Origin: Methanolinea sp.
GTDB taxonomy: Archaea; Halobacteriota; Methanomicrobia; Methanomicrobiales; Methanospirillaceae
Assembly (NCBI GenBank): GCA_024518585.1
Contig: JANIHI010000008.1
Location: forward strand, 6,989-70,988
Direction: 5' to 3'
DNA: 64,000 bases
Shown one piece after another: positions 37,571 through 46,773 of this stretch. The notes below the pieces were generated by a model that ran no database searches, was not told the origin of the DNA, and saw nothing but the letters and a program-made list of their open reading frames with translations. The position numbers and the translations under genes were made by a program. Numbering within the stretch: the stretch's first letter is position 1; each line of letters begins with the position of its first letter.

Positions 37571-37589
37571 CATGCTATGATATAGCATG
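37571..37589 (-). promoter_or_regulatory. perfect 8-3-8 palindrome CATGCTAT-gat-ATAGCATG containing a TATA-like core, 10 nt upstream of the binding-protein ATG
   Basis: Read directly at 37571-37589. On the minus strand CTATATCA lies about 24 nt before ATG 37560. Confidence 0.4.
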
Positions 37590-37708
37590 ACATAGAAAGA
37601 ACTGGGATGAAAAAGTTTATAGGATTTTTGTTTTTTCCCTGCGGGACATGAAGGCAGGGTAAATTGACCAGAGAGGGAAGGGCGTAATTCCTCGGGAAAA
37701 ATCCCCGG

Positions 37709-38002
37709 TCACACCGTCTCTTTTTCCGCCTCTGTCACCGTCCCGGGGTGGGACTTTTCACGGGCATGAAACTCATTTAACTGTTGCACGGAGGCAGTAT
37801 ACGCGGTATCGAGGGCCTTCTCGTTGAACTCGCGTTCTTCGGGAGGGAGGCTCTTCACTGCACTGTACCCCATCCTGCGGTACGAGTCCAGGCTCTTTTG
37901 GGTTGACTCGATCGTCGAGCGTGTCTGGATATGTCTCTTGATGATCTTCGGGAATGTCTCCTCGATGATCAACCTGACCTTTGGGTTCATTTTTTCATGC
38001 AA
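37709..38002 (-). CDS. hypothetical 97-aa soluble protein
   Basis: Only credible ORF in this interval, with balanced charged/helical composition. No family recognised. Confidence 0.4.
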   Translation of the reverse strand: MHEKMNPKVRLIIEETFPKIIKRHIQTRSTIESTQKSLDSYRRMGYSAVKSLPPEEREFNEKALDTAYTASVQQLNEFHAREKSHPGTVTEAEKETV

Positions 38003-38149
38003 CCAGGAATCTGTTCCGTCCAGTTTCCCCCGCCTCGGAGATAAACTTCACCTTCCGGGAAGGAGGACAGCCGCCCATTCGTCCCTTTCGACCCTTCCGA
38101 AAGAGCCCAGAGCCAAAGAATTCATGGGAATTGCGGCGGCCCCCGGAGA

Positions 38150-38716
38150 TTATCCTATCGGGGGGAGCCAGGTCTTTGCCATTGTCTGAACGAGGGTATA
38201 GGTCGCCGAGACCGAGGGGGTCAGGGATGCGGCCTCTTCCATGGCGAGGATGATGATCCGCAGGGCATCGGCAGGAGTGCCCCCCGTCTCCTTCCAGTGG
38301 GAACGTATGCAGCGGTGTGCAATATCCTGTGTCGTCCTGTTCCCAAGGACGATGAAACGGCTTGCACATCCCCGGGCGACCTCCTTTTTCCTGCCATCCA
38401 GCACCTCCGTGATCACGAAGTGACCGCAGGAGACATGCAGCTTCCGTGAGCGCGCGGAGAGCCCATCCCTCTCGCTTACCTGTCCGATGAGAATTCCCTC
38501 CTCCTCCCAGGCCTTGCACCTGTCATCATGGATCCAGAGTTCGATCCCAAGTTCACGGGCCCGCTCATGGAGCGCCTCTTTGCTCTTTATCCGTCCGGAA
38601 TAGAGTTCATCTTCCAGGGTCCTCGTGCACAGGTCGTCTCCCCGAAAGCAGATCTCTCTCCTGTCCCCGGCCATAAAAGAGCGATCTTTCCCGCAGAATG
38701 CAATGACAAGGCTCAT
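38150..38716 (-). CDS. conserved archaeal protein of unknown function (DUF2121-like from memory)
   Basis: Start taken at MSLVIAFCGKDRSFMAGDRRE (ATG 38716). The 61 upstream codons of the track ORF are S/P/R-rich and overlap the neighbouring gene's terminus region. Confidence 0.55.
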   Translation of the reverse strand: MSLVIAFCGKDRSFMAGDRREICFRGDDLCTRTLEDELYSGRIKSKEALHERARELGIELWIHDDRCKAWEEEGILIGQVSERDGLSARSRKLHVSCGHFVITEVLDGRKKEVARGCASRFIVLGNRTTQDIAHRCIRSHWKETGGTPADALRIIILAMEEAASLTPSVSATYTLVQTMAKTWLPPIG

Positions 38717-38771
38717 GGGAACACCCCTGCAGCAGGGACATGGGGGACGAAGGATATAAAAGATCCGTTCA

Positions 38772-39521
38772 TTACCTGGTCTTCCACCTGTAGACAGAGT
38801 AGGAGAGGGCAAGGATTGCAATGACTGCCACGAGGGTGACGATCCCTGCCGTGATGTCGGAGAGGAGGAGGTCCTTGATTGCCTGGGAGCCAATGGCAAT
38901 CAGCGTGCACCCGAGGAACGCCCCGATGGTGATGGCAAGAAGGGTGCGGCCGGGGGACAGGCCGATCATCCAGCCCACGAGCGAGCCACCGATGCCTCCG
39001 CTCCCCTGGAGGGGGAACATCACGAAGAGGACGACACCGGAGAAATAGAACTTCTCGAGCCAGGGACGTTTTCTCACGAAGTCATTCCCCTTTTCGAGGA
39101 ACCGCCGGATCCAGCGGCCGAGGATGGGTATCCTCACCGCGACGTCACAGTTCAACGCCATGAATATCCCGGCGAGCACGTCCATCAATCCTATGGAGAA
39201 GGCAATCAGCCACCAGGGGAGACCAAGGGCGATGCCCAGGGGCACGATGCTCTCCTTTCCAGCCGGGGGGACAAGGTAGCCCAGCATCAGGCCACCGAGC
39301 AGGAGTGCACTGTCGTATGGCATGAAGAGAAAGCAGAGGAGGATATAAAAACCCCCGATGACGAATGGAATGGCAATATGGACGAGCCTTTCGTGGAGAG
39401 GGATACTCTTCGCCGGACAGATCTCAAACAGGGATGTCTTGAGCGGAACGTCCATGGGAAACACGTGACCGGGAATCTGTTGCAGGATTTCTCGTCCCCG
39501 ATAACCAAAAAATGTGCCCAT
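38772..39521 (-). CDS. membrane protein, small-multidrug-export-like (COG2426-type), paralog of 55970..56524
   Basis: Several TM helices around a central amphipathic loop RWIRRFLEKGNDFVRKRPWLEK. The same architecture occurs in the 55970 product. The start may be internal (MDVPLK, 39455). Confidence 0.5.
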   Translation of the reverse strand: MGTFFGYRGREILQQIPGHVFPMDVPLKTSLFEICPAKSIPLHERLVHIAIPFVIGGFYILLCFLFMPYDSALLLGGLMLGYLVPPAGKESIVPLGIALGLPWWLIAFSIGLMDVLAGIFMALNCDVAVRIPILGRWIRRFLEKGNDFVRKRPWLEKFYFSGVVLFVMFPLQGSGGIGGSLVGWMIGLSPGRTLLAITIGAFLGCTLIAIGSQAIKDLLLSDITAGIVTLVAVIAILALSYSVYRWKTR

Positions 39522-39598
39522 TTATCCCTGGCAAGACAGCGCCCCTCCCCGTGAACCTCGTATTTTATGACGTGGGGAAACCAGAACAGGCTAGTGTT

Positions 39599-40279
39599 AT
39601 GGACATCATCGGGCACAGGGGTGCGGCTGCTGCAGCACCCGAAAATACCCTGTCGGCCGTCCGCCTTGGGATGGAATGTGCCGATTACGTGGAAGTGGAC
39701 GTGCGACTCTCCCGTGACCATGTCCCGGTCATCATGCATGACCCGACAGTCGACAGGACGACGAACGGAAGCGGGCGCGTCGGAGAGTTCACGGCTGCCG
39801 ATCTCCGCCTCCTCGATGCCGGGAAAGGCGAACACGTCCCGACCCTCGAAGAGGTATGCCTTCTCGTGGGGGGGAAATCAGGTCTCTGCATCGAGATTAA
39901 GGAGCCTGGGAGTGAACTTGAAGTATGCGGGGTCCTCGACCGGGTAGCAAGGGGACCACTCCTCGTGGTATCGTTCCACCGTGCCGCGCTTGCGATGGTC
40001 CATGACGTTCTGCCAGACGTCCCCCTTGGCCTCATCCACACCCAGCCAGTGCCCCCGACACCAAGGAAGGGTGAAGATCCGCCATTCTGGGCATACCTGC
40101 CACGGTTCGACACCCTTACCCGGGATGCCGTTGCCGAGGTCCACGCACGGGGCATGCGTGTTATCCCCTGGACACTTGATTCGATTGCTGAATGGGAAAG
40201 GGCCCGCGAAATGGGAGTTGACGGGTTTGCAACTGACGACCCCTGTGGTGCCTGGAGCTGGAGGAAGACTGTGGAATAG
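39599..40279 (+). CDS. glycerophosphodiester phosphodiesterase (GDPD family)
   Basis: MDIIGHRGAAAAAPENTLSA...VEVDVRLSRDHVPVIMHDPTVDRTTNG is the canonical GDPD N-terminal motif. Confidence 0.85.
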   Translation: MDIIGHRGAAAAAPENTLSAVRLGMECADYVEVDVRLSRDHVPVIMHDPTVDRTTNGSGRVGEFTAADLRLLDAGKGEHVPTLEEVCLLVGGKSGLCIEIKEPGSELEVCGVLDRVARGPLLVVSFHRAALAMVHDVLPDVPLGLIHTQPVPPTPRKGEDPPFWAYLPRFDTLTRDAVAEVHARGMRVIPWTLDSIAEWERAREMGVDGFATDDPCGAWSWRKTVE

Positions 40280-40387
40280 TCATGCATACCTGGAATCCTT
40301 TTCACCGGTAAAAATCCCGGGAATTTTTTTCGTGGCACAGTGGCAACCTTTTTGGCCGTCTTTGACTACACCAGCCTGTGAAAGCAG

Positions 40388-42166
40388 ATGGACACCGGAA
40401 TCCTCCTCGTCTTGGCCGTCGTTCTCGGGACGCTCGTCCTTTTTGCAAGCGACCTGATACGGGTCGACCTGGTCGCGATCCTCGCATGTCTTGCCCTCGC
40501 GTGGTTCGGTCTCGTCACGCCACAGGAGGCACTTTCCGGTTTTTCCTCAAATGCTGTCGTTGCCATGGCGGCCGTCATGGTGCTGGGAGCAGGACTGAAG
40601 CGCGCGGGGGTAACATCGCGACTTGCAGCCCTGATCGTCCGGTATGCCGGGACCGCCGAGAGGCGGGTCGTGGCCGCGACCTCGCTTGCAGTCGGCCTCC
40701 TCTCGTCCGTCATCCACAATGTCAGCGCAGCGGCCGTCTTCCTCCCGGCGACAGGAAGGATCGCGAGGCGGACAGGCATTCCCGTTTCGCGCCTGATGAT
40801 GCCCATCGGGTTTGCTGCAATCCTCGGGGGGACAGTGACGATGATCGGGTCAGGACCCCTGATAGTCCTCAATGACCTGCTCCGCCAGGCCGGAGCCGAA
40901 CCCTTCTCCCTCTTTGCAGTCACTCCCATCGGCATTGTCCTCCTCCTTGCGGGAGTTGCCCTCTTCTCCCTTGCCGGAGAAAGGATACCCCCCCGATGGG
41001 GGCAGAAGTACCCGGGCTATCAGTCCCGGAGATCTGGAAGATAGACCAGCCCCTCATGACCTGCCGGATAGGGGAATCATCATCCCTGTCAGGGAAGACC
41101 CGCGAGGAGATCTTTTCAGGGAACCCGCATGGTCTCACCCTCCTCGCAATCCGGGATGGGGACGATATCCAGGTCGCGCCCTCCCGCTGGACACAGTTCG
41201 AGTCAGGGCAGGAACTCGCAGTCCTCGGTCCGAAAGAGGGTTTCGAGCAGTTTACAAGGGAAAAAGGGTGTATTCCGGACGGGGAGGCGGGGAGTCTCGC
41301 CGAAATGCTCACCGGAGGGGGATACGGTTTTGCAGAGCTCGTTGTGAGGCCGCGGGCGTCCATCATAGGGAAGACACCGCGGGAGATCATGTTCCGGAAG
41401 ACTTTTGGCATCGAACCCATCGTTCACGTGAGGGGGAGAGACCGAGACCCGGGCTGACTTCTCTGACATGCCCTTTGCTGCCGGCGATATCATCGTTGCG
41501 TTCGGTTCATGGGAGAACCTCATGGTTCTTGCGGGGCATACCGACCTGCAGCTGATATCTCAGCCGGAGGGAGACCCTGTGCAGTACCGGAAGGGGTACC
41601 TTGCCGTGCTGATCTTCGCTGCGTCACTTGGACTCACCCTGACCGGTGTCCCCCTCTCTCTTTCACTTCTCACGGGTGCAGTGGCCATGGTCCTCTCCGG
41701 GATACTCGGCGCTGCCGACGTTTACCGGGCGGTCGACTGGAAGACCATCGTCCTCATCGGGGGACTGATCCCCCTCGGAATAGCCGTTGAAAAGAGCGGG
41801 GCAGCCTCGCTCCTCGCAGGATCGCTGACCGGCATGCTTTCCGGTGCGCATCCGCTCGTGGTCATGCTTGTCGTCGCCCTGGTTGCAACGGGCCTCTCCC
41901 TCATCATCTCGAACGTTGCAGCAACAATCCTCCTTGTCCCGCTCGTGATGCTGGCAGGCCAGGGCATGGGTGTTGACCCGAGGGCCCTTGCCCTCCTCGT
42001 GGCAGTCTGTGCCCAGAACAGCTTCATTCTCCCCACGCACCAGGTCAATGCACTCCTCATGGGACCGGGGGGATACCGCCCGAGGGATTATATCAGGACA
42101 GGGAGCATCATGTCGGCAGTGTTCATTGCCATCGCCGTCACCCTCATGTATCTCATTGCTCTATAG
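40388..42166 (+). pseudogene. SLC13/DASS-type permease with two internal TrkA-C (RCK_C) domains, split into three ORFs by two compensating frameshifts
   Basis: ORFs 40388..41044 (frame 2; TM half), 40996..41457 (frame 1; two RCK_C-like repeats, ...SSLSGKTREEI...LLAIRDGDD... and ...ASIIGKTPREI...) and 41468..42166 (frame 2; TM half) are collinear with one ~590-aa protein. The shift points coincide with a C7 run (40988-40994) and a G5 run (41432-41436). Confidence 0.75.
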
Positions 42167-42172
42167 AACGGT

Positions 42173-43514
42173 ATGATAATCCAGCAGTTCTTTGTCCCCG
42201 GAATAGCCCACAGTTCCTACATCGTTGCCGGGAACAGAACATGCGCGGTCATTGACCCAAGCCGCGATACCGGGAAGTATATCGATTTTGCACGCGCCAA
42301 TGGTCTTTCCATCACGCATATCCTTGAAACGCACCTCCATGCAGATTTCGTATCGGGTCACCTCGACCTGGCCGATGAAACCGGTGCAGAAATATTCGCA
42401 CCGCGGGCAGGACGCTGCTCTTTTCCCCATCAGGGGGTAATAGAGGGCGATGAGATCCCGATCGAGGACATGGCATACACCCGAGCATGTCTGCTACATT
42501 GCAACCGACAAATCCCGGGGCAGGACGCCGGTCGCGCTCTTCTCGGGTGACACCCTCTTTGTCGGCGACGTCGGCCGCCCCGACCTCTTTCCCGGCCGGG
42601 CAGAGGAACTCGCCACATCACTGTTTGAGAACCTGCAGGCCAAGGTCCTCACACTCCCGGACGAGTGCGAACTGTACCCCGCACACGGCATGGGCTCGCT
42701 CTGTGGCAGGGCAATGGCGGCAAAGAGGACGAGCACGATTGGGTACGAAAGAAAGTACAACTACGCGCTCCAAATCCGGGATCGAGAGGAATTCGTCCGG
42801 GCACTCACGTCCGACATGCCGGCCGCGCCTGATCATTTCTCCCGCTGCTCGGAGATAAACCGGAAAGGCCCTGCCCTGATGCGGGATCTCCCAAAACCCG
42901 TCCCGCTTGCACCGGAGGAATTCAACCGGCGGGCGTGCGGAGACGGTGCCGTGCTCCTGGATGTGCGGGGCTATCCTGCTTTCTCCGGTCTCCACATCCC
43001 GGGATCATGGCATATCGACCTTTCCGGGAACTTTCCCACCCAGGCGGGATGGGTCCTCCCCCCCGGGCAGGATGTCTATCTCGTCGTCGAGAACAGAGAA
43101 CAGGCCATGGAAGCCGCGCTCCAGCTGAAGCGCGTCGGATTCGACCGGGTAGCCGGGTACCTCGATGGCGGGATGCTGCTTTGGGGTACTGCCGGTCTCC
43201 CCATCGACCGGGTCCCGGTCATTGGACCTGCCGACGCGCACGCACTCCTTAGGAAAGGTGATGCAGTCCTCGTAGACGTCAGGTCACGGGAGGAGTGCAC
43301 GGCTGCCTCAGTGGAAGGTTCAGTCCATATCCCCTGGCATGACCTCCGTGCACGGTACACGGAGCTAGACCCGGGGATGCACACCATTGTCATGTGCAGG
43401 GGAGGGCAGAGGGCGAGCATTGCGGCGAGCATCCTGAAGATGAAAGGGTTCAAATCTGTGTCCAACCTCGGAGGCGGTTTCTCGGCGTACCAGAAGGCAG
43501 GTTTCGTATCCTGA
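42173..43514 (+). pseudogene. MBL-fold hydrolase (persulfide-dioxygenase-like) fused to two rhodanese domains, interrupted by a frameshift near 42473
   Basis: Frame-2 ORF 42173..42550 carries HILETHLHADFVSGH. Frame-0 ORF 42450..43514 continues with HTPEHVCYIA...GDTLFVGDVGRPD and two rhodanese domains (the second with active-site-like CRGGQRA). The segment between IEDM and HTPEH looks about 8-9 residues shorter than I expect for this family. Confidence 0.65.
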
Positions 43515-43565
43515 TGGGAGGTCTTATGAGGGTGGAGTGCTCCTCCTACAGATCAGGGTATCCTG

Positions 43566-44090
43566 ATGTTTGAATGGTTATTTTCGGCGACCTGGTCGCC
43601 TGTCGTCGTCGGCGCAGGGATTGGCGTCCTGATATGGATGACATTTCTCCTCTCCGACCGGCCACTCGGAGTGTCGACTGCCTACGCAAAGACGGCAGGC
43701 ATGGTCGAGAAGGCAATATCGCGGGAAAATGTTAAATCGATGCCGTACTACCGCCAGGTGACCCCGGAGGTGGACTGGCAGTGGACGATCATCATCGGGG
43801 TCATTGCAGGCGGGTTCATCTCGGCATACTTATCGGGGACATTTGCCCTTTCTGCCGTCCCCCCGCTGTTCGCCGCAACTTTCGGGACCGACACCCTCTT
43901 GCGTTTCTCTGTCGCACTCGCAGGCGGTATAATCATGGGTATCGGTGCCCGCTGGGCCGGCGGGTGCACGTCCGGTCACGGTATCTCCGGCACGCTCCAG
44001 CTCTCCCTTGCGAGCTGGGTCGCGGTGGTCTGCTTCTTTGCCGGGGGGATCCTCGCAGCTGGACTCCTCTTTGGTTTTGGGTTCCTGTGA
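43566..44090 (+). CDS. YeeE/YedE-family sulfur-compound transport protein (half-size, 4 TM)
   Basis: GARWAGGCTSGHGISG is the family signature. Confidence 0.8.
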   Translation: MFEWLFSATWSPVVVGAGIGVLIWMTFLLSDRPLGVSTAYAKTAGMVEKAISRENVKSMPYYRQVTPEVDWQWTIIIGVIAGGFISAYLSGTFALSAVPPLFAATFGTDTLLRFSVALAGGIIMGIGARWAGGCTSGHGISGTLQLSLASWVAVVCFFAGGILAAGLLFGFGFL

Positions 44091-44102
44091 GGTGAAAGCG
44101 TC

Positions 44103-44660
44103 ATGCCATTCGAAGGAATAAGGCAGAACAGGTCTCTCCAGGTTCTCCTCGGGCTCGTCTTTGGCATTGCATTCGGTTTTCTCCTCCAGAGGGGAGGAGT
44201 GACACTGTATGACGTGATCATCGGGCAGCTCCTCCTCTCTGACTTCACGGTCGTGAAGGTGATGCTCTCTGCCATCCTCGTCGGGATGATTGGCGTCCAC
44301 GCGATGAAGACTGCCGATCTTGTCCGCCTCCACGTCCGGGCAGGCTCTGTCGGCTCGACCGTCATCGGGGGCCTTATCTTTGGTGTCGGGTTTGCGGTCC
44401 TTGGGTACTGTCCCGGAACAGCCGCCGGTGCACTTGGGTCGGGGGCACTCGATGCAGCGGTCGGAATGGCCGGGATCGTGATCGGCGCGGGTATCTTTGC
44501 CCGGCTCTACCCGGCCCTCGAGGGGGCTGTCCTGAACCGCGGGAAGTTCCCGGCTGAGACCATCCCGCAACTATTCGGCGTCTCTCCCGCGCCCGTTGCC
44601 GGGGCAGTCGCCGCCATGATCGTTGTCGTCCTCGCCCTGCTCGCGTTCATGGGCCTGTGA
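44103..44660 (+). CDS. YeeE/YedE-family sulfur-compound transport protein (second half-size subunit)
   Basis: FAVLGYCPGTAAGALG motif. Adjacent to the first half with a 12-nt gap. Confidence 0.75.
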   Translation: MPFEGIRQNRSLQVLLGLVFGIAFGFLLQRGGVTLYDVIIGQLLLSDFTVVKVMLSAILVGMIGVHAMKTADLVRLHVRAGSVGSTVIGGLIFGVGFAVLGYCPGTAAGALGSGALDAAVGMAGIVIGAGIFARLYPALEGAVLNRGKFPAETIPQLFGVSPAPVAGAVAAMIVVVLALLAFMGL

Positions 44661-44690
44661 GACCGGCCCCTAGACCTGGTGCACTGGCGC

Positions 44691-45134
44691 ATGGTCAATA
44701 TCCTCCTCGGGGTCGGAAACCCCCTTCGCCGGGACGACGGCGTGGGGAATTACGTGGCGGCGAACTTCCGCCGGGAGGGCTGGAGGTCGATTGACTGCGG
44801 GACCGTGCCGGAGAATTTCACGGGCATCGTCAGGAAGGAGCATCCCCCCCTCCTCGTCATCGTCGACGCGGCAGAGATGGGCATGTCCCCCGGGGATTTT
44901 TACGTGGTCCCAAAGGAGAGGGTGAAGGACGTCTCCTTCGGGACGCACCAGCTCCCGCTCGACGTCATCGTGGACTATCTCGCCCATTCTGCCGGACGGA
45001 TAGTCATTATCGGGATCCAGCCCCGGGTTGTAGAGACAGGGGAAGGGCTCTCCCCCCCCGTCCGGGAAGGGGCAGACAGGCTCATCGGGCGCCTGGCACG
45101 GGGAGAACTGGACACGATCCCCGTGTTTTGGTAA
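44691..45134 (+). CDS. hycI: [NiFe]-hydrogenase maturation endopeptidase (HycI-like)
   Basis: MVNILLGVGNPLRRDDGVG...VIVDAA...GTHQLPL matches the motifs of hydrogenase maturation proteases. Confidence 0.8.
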   Translation: MVNILLGVGNPLRRDDGVGNYVAANFRREGWRSIDCGTVPENFTGIVRKEHPPLLVIVDAAEMGMSPGDFYVVPKERVKDVSFGTHQLPLDVIVDYLAHSAGRIVIIGIQPRVVETGEGLSPPVREGADRLIGRLARGELDTIPVFW

Positions 45135-45333
45135 CGGGCGGGCTGGAGCCGGCTTTGACGGGACCTTCTTTCCCGGCAGGAATCCCTCAAGCCTTCCGGG
45201 AAAAAATCCCATTCGTCTCCCCGGGACACAACAAGAAAGGATGAAAGTGGCAAAGCCCCTTTTGGCGGAACCGCCCTTGAACGGTCTGCAGTCAGGCAAA
45301 AGAGGGGAAAATCACGAATTGATCTTCCTGTTT

Positions 45334-45352
45334 AAAAAAAGGTGGCCTTTTT
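45334..45352 (-). terminator. oligo-T terminator / small hairpin immediately after the mbhN stop
   Basis: Minus strand reads TAG-AAAAAGGCCACCTTTTTTT. AAAAAGG/CCTTTTT can pair. The T7 tract fits archaeal oligo-T termination. It sits between convergent genes. Confidence 0.45.
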
Positions 45353-45757
45353 CTACTCCACGATCAGCTCTTCGGCATACCTGTCCTCCCCGGCGAGGAG
45401 GAATGCATCCGTCATGGAAAGGCAGCTCTTCGGGCAGATGCTCGTGCACTGGGAGCAGAAGATGCACTGGTCGACCCAGACACGGATCTTTTTGGTATCA
45501 GGGATGAACTCAATGGCGTGGGCAGGACAGACCTTCACGCAGAGCGTGCACCCGATGCAGGAGTCCCTGTCGTAGGCAATCTTTCCCCGGAACTTTGGCG
45601 GTGTCGGGACGGGTGGGTTCGCGGCAGCCCGACCGGCCTGCACCTCCCGGAGAAAGACCCGTATTGAGGGTGGGAGGTACTTGGCCGGGAACCGGTTCGT
45701 TGCTGGCCTCCGGAAGAGCTGGCGGACGAGCTCGGGGACGAGCGGAAGGGTCCTCAT
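45353..45757 (-). CDS. mbhN: Mbh hydrogenase 2x[4Fe-4S] subunit (NuoI-like)
   Basis: CIGCTLCVKVCP and CIFCSQCTSICP. Only the last 134 codons of track ORF 45353..46237 are used. ATGA overlap with mbhM. Confidence 0.85.
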   Translation of the reverse strand: MRTLPLVPELVRQLFRRPATNRFPAKYLPPSIRVFLREVQAGRAAANPPVPTPPKFRGKIAYDRDSCIGCTLCVKVCPAHAIEFIPDTKKIRVWVDQCIFCSQCTSICPKSCLSMTDAFLLAGEDRYAEELIVE

Positions 45758-46773
45758 ACCCCCACCCCCGCCAGGGGTCCCGCGACCACATCGGCCATCA
45801 GGAGGACCATTCCGGCAAGGCCGATGACAGAGAGGTAGACCCAGTAGAACGAGACGAGCTCGTTGATCCGGAAGCGGGCCATCGCGACGCGGACGAGGGT
45901 GACGGCAAAGAAGAGGACGAGGACTGCCTTGAGGAGGAAGAAGAGGAGATCGGCAGCCTGGGCGATGACGGGGGGCATCGCAAGGAAGGAGGAGATGTTC
46001 CAGGGGAAGAAGACAGCCACGATGACCGCCGCGAGGACGAGCGTCTTTGCAGCCTGGGCCAGGGAAAACATCGCGAGGTTCCTGCCTGAATACTCGACCA
46101 GCAGGCCTCCTGCAAGTTCGGTCTCGGCCTCCTGCGTGTCGAACGGGACGCGGGAGAGCTCGGCGGGTGTGACGGCAGCAAGCACGATGATGAGGAGGAA
46201 AACGCCGATGATGCCCAACGGCCCTGTCACAGTCCATATCGGGTTTGCAGCGATGGACTGGAGTGCAAACGGGTGGGAGATACCTGCTGCACCAAGCCTC
46301 CAGGCAACCCCGATGACAACGACTGCAAGCGGGAACTCGTAGGCGATCATGGTCACCATCTCGCGCTGTGCCCCGACGGTGGCGTAGGGCGACCCGGATG
46401 CAAAGCCGCCCGCAACGAGTGCGAGTGCGGGGACTGTGAGGAGGTACATTACCAGCACGAGGTCACCATACGGCCCGAGAACGGGCATCGTGCTCGCGAC
46501 CGGTATGTAGAAGAGGACCAGGATGCTCGAGACCAGTGCGACGACAGGTGCAGCGGAAAAAAGCCAGGGGATGGCATTGGCCGGGACCACGTTCTCCTTC
46601 TGGAGGAGCTTGACCGTGTCGATGAAGGGCTGCCGGACCGGGGGCCCTATCCGTGCCTGCATATGCGCGGCAAGCTTCCTGTCGATCCCCGAGAGGAAGA
46701 GTCCCCCCGCAAGGGCAAACACGGAGAGGGCGGCACACCACGCTACCAGGAGGGCGATCTCTGCCGGGTTCAT
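45754..46773 (-). CDS. mbhM: Mbh hydrogenase membrane subunit (NuoH/HycD-like)
   Basis: 339 aa and polytopic, with RIGPPVRQPFIDTVKLLQKE, the NuoH-family loop motif. Confidence 0.85.
   Translation of the reverse strand: MNPAEIALLVAWCAALSVFALAGGLFLSGIDRKLAAHMQARIGPPVRQPFIDTVKLLQKENVVPANAIPWLFSAAPVVALVSSILVLFYIPVASTMPVLGPYGDLVLVMYLLTVPALALVAGGFASGSPYATVGAQREMVTMIAYEFPLAVVVIGVAWRLGAAGISHPFALQSIAANPIWTVTGPLGIIGVFLLIIVLAAVTPAELSRVPFDTQEAETELAGGLLVEYSGRNLAMFSLAQAAKTLVLAAVIVAVFFPWNISSFLAMPPVIAQAADLLFFLLKAVLVLFFAVTLVRVAMARFRINELVSFYWVYLSVIGLAGMVLLMADVVAGPLAGVGV

Noticed and set aside
38717-38899. N-terminal 61-codon extension of the DUF2121-like ORF
   Set aside because: It is S/P/R/Q-rich low-complexity sequence and overlaps the 3' end of the upstream membrane-protein gene. 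The conserved-looking sequence begins at MSLVIAF.
45758-46237. Upstream extension of the mbhN ORF (track ORF 45353..46237), and similarly 52337..52717 for mbhD
   Set aside because: The extensions overlap mbhM and mbhC in another frame and are R/P/H-rich. Internal ATGs that form 4-nt overlaps with the upstream stop give products of the expected MbhN/MbhD size.
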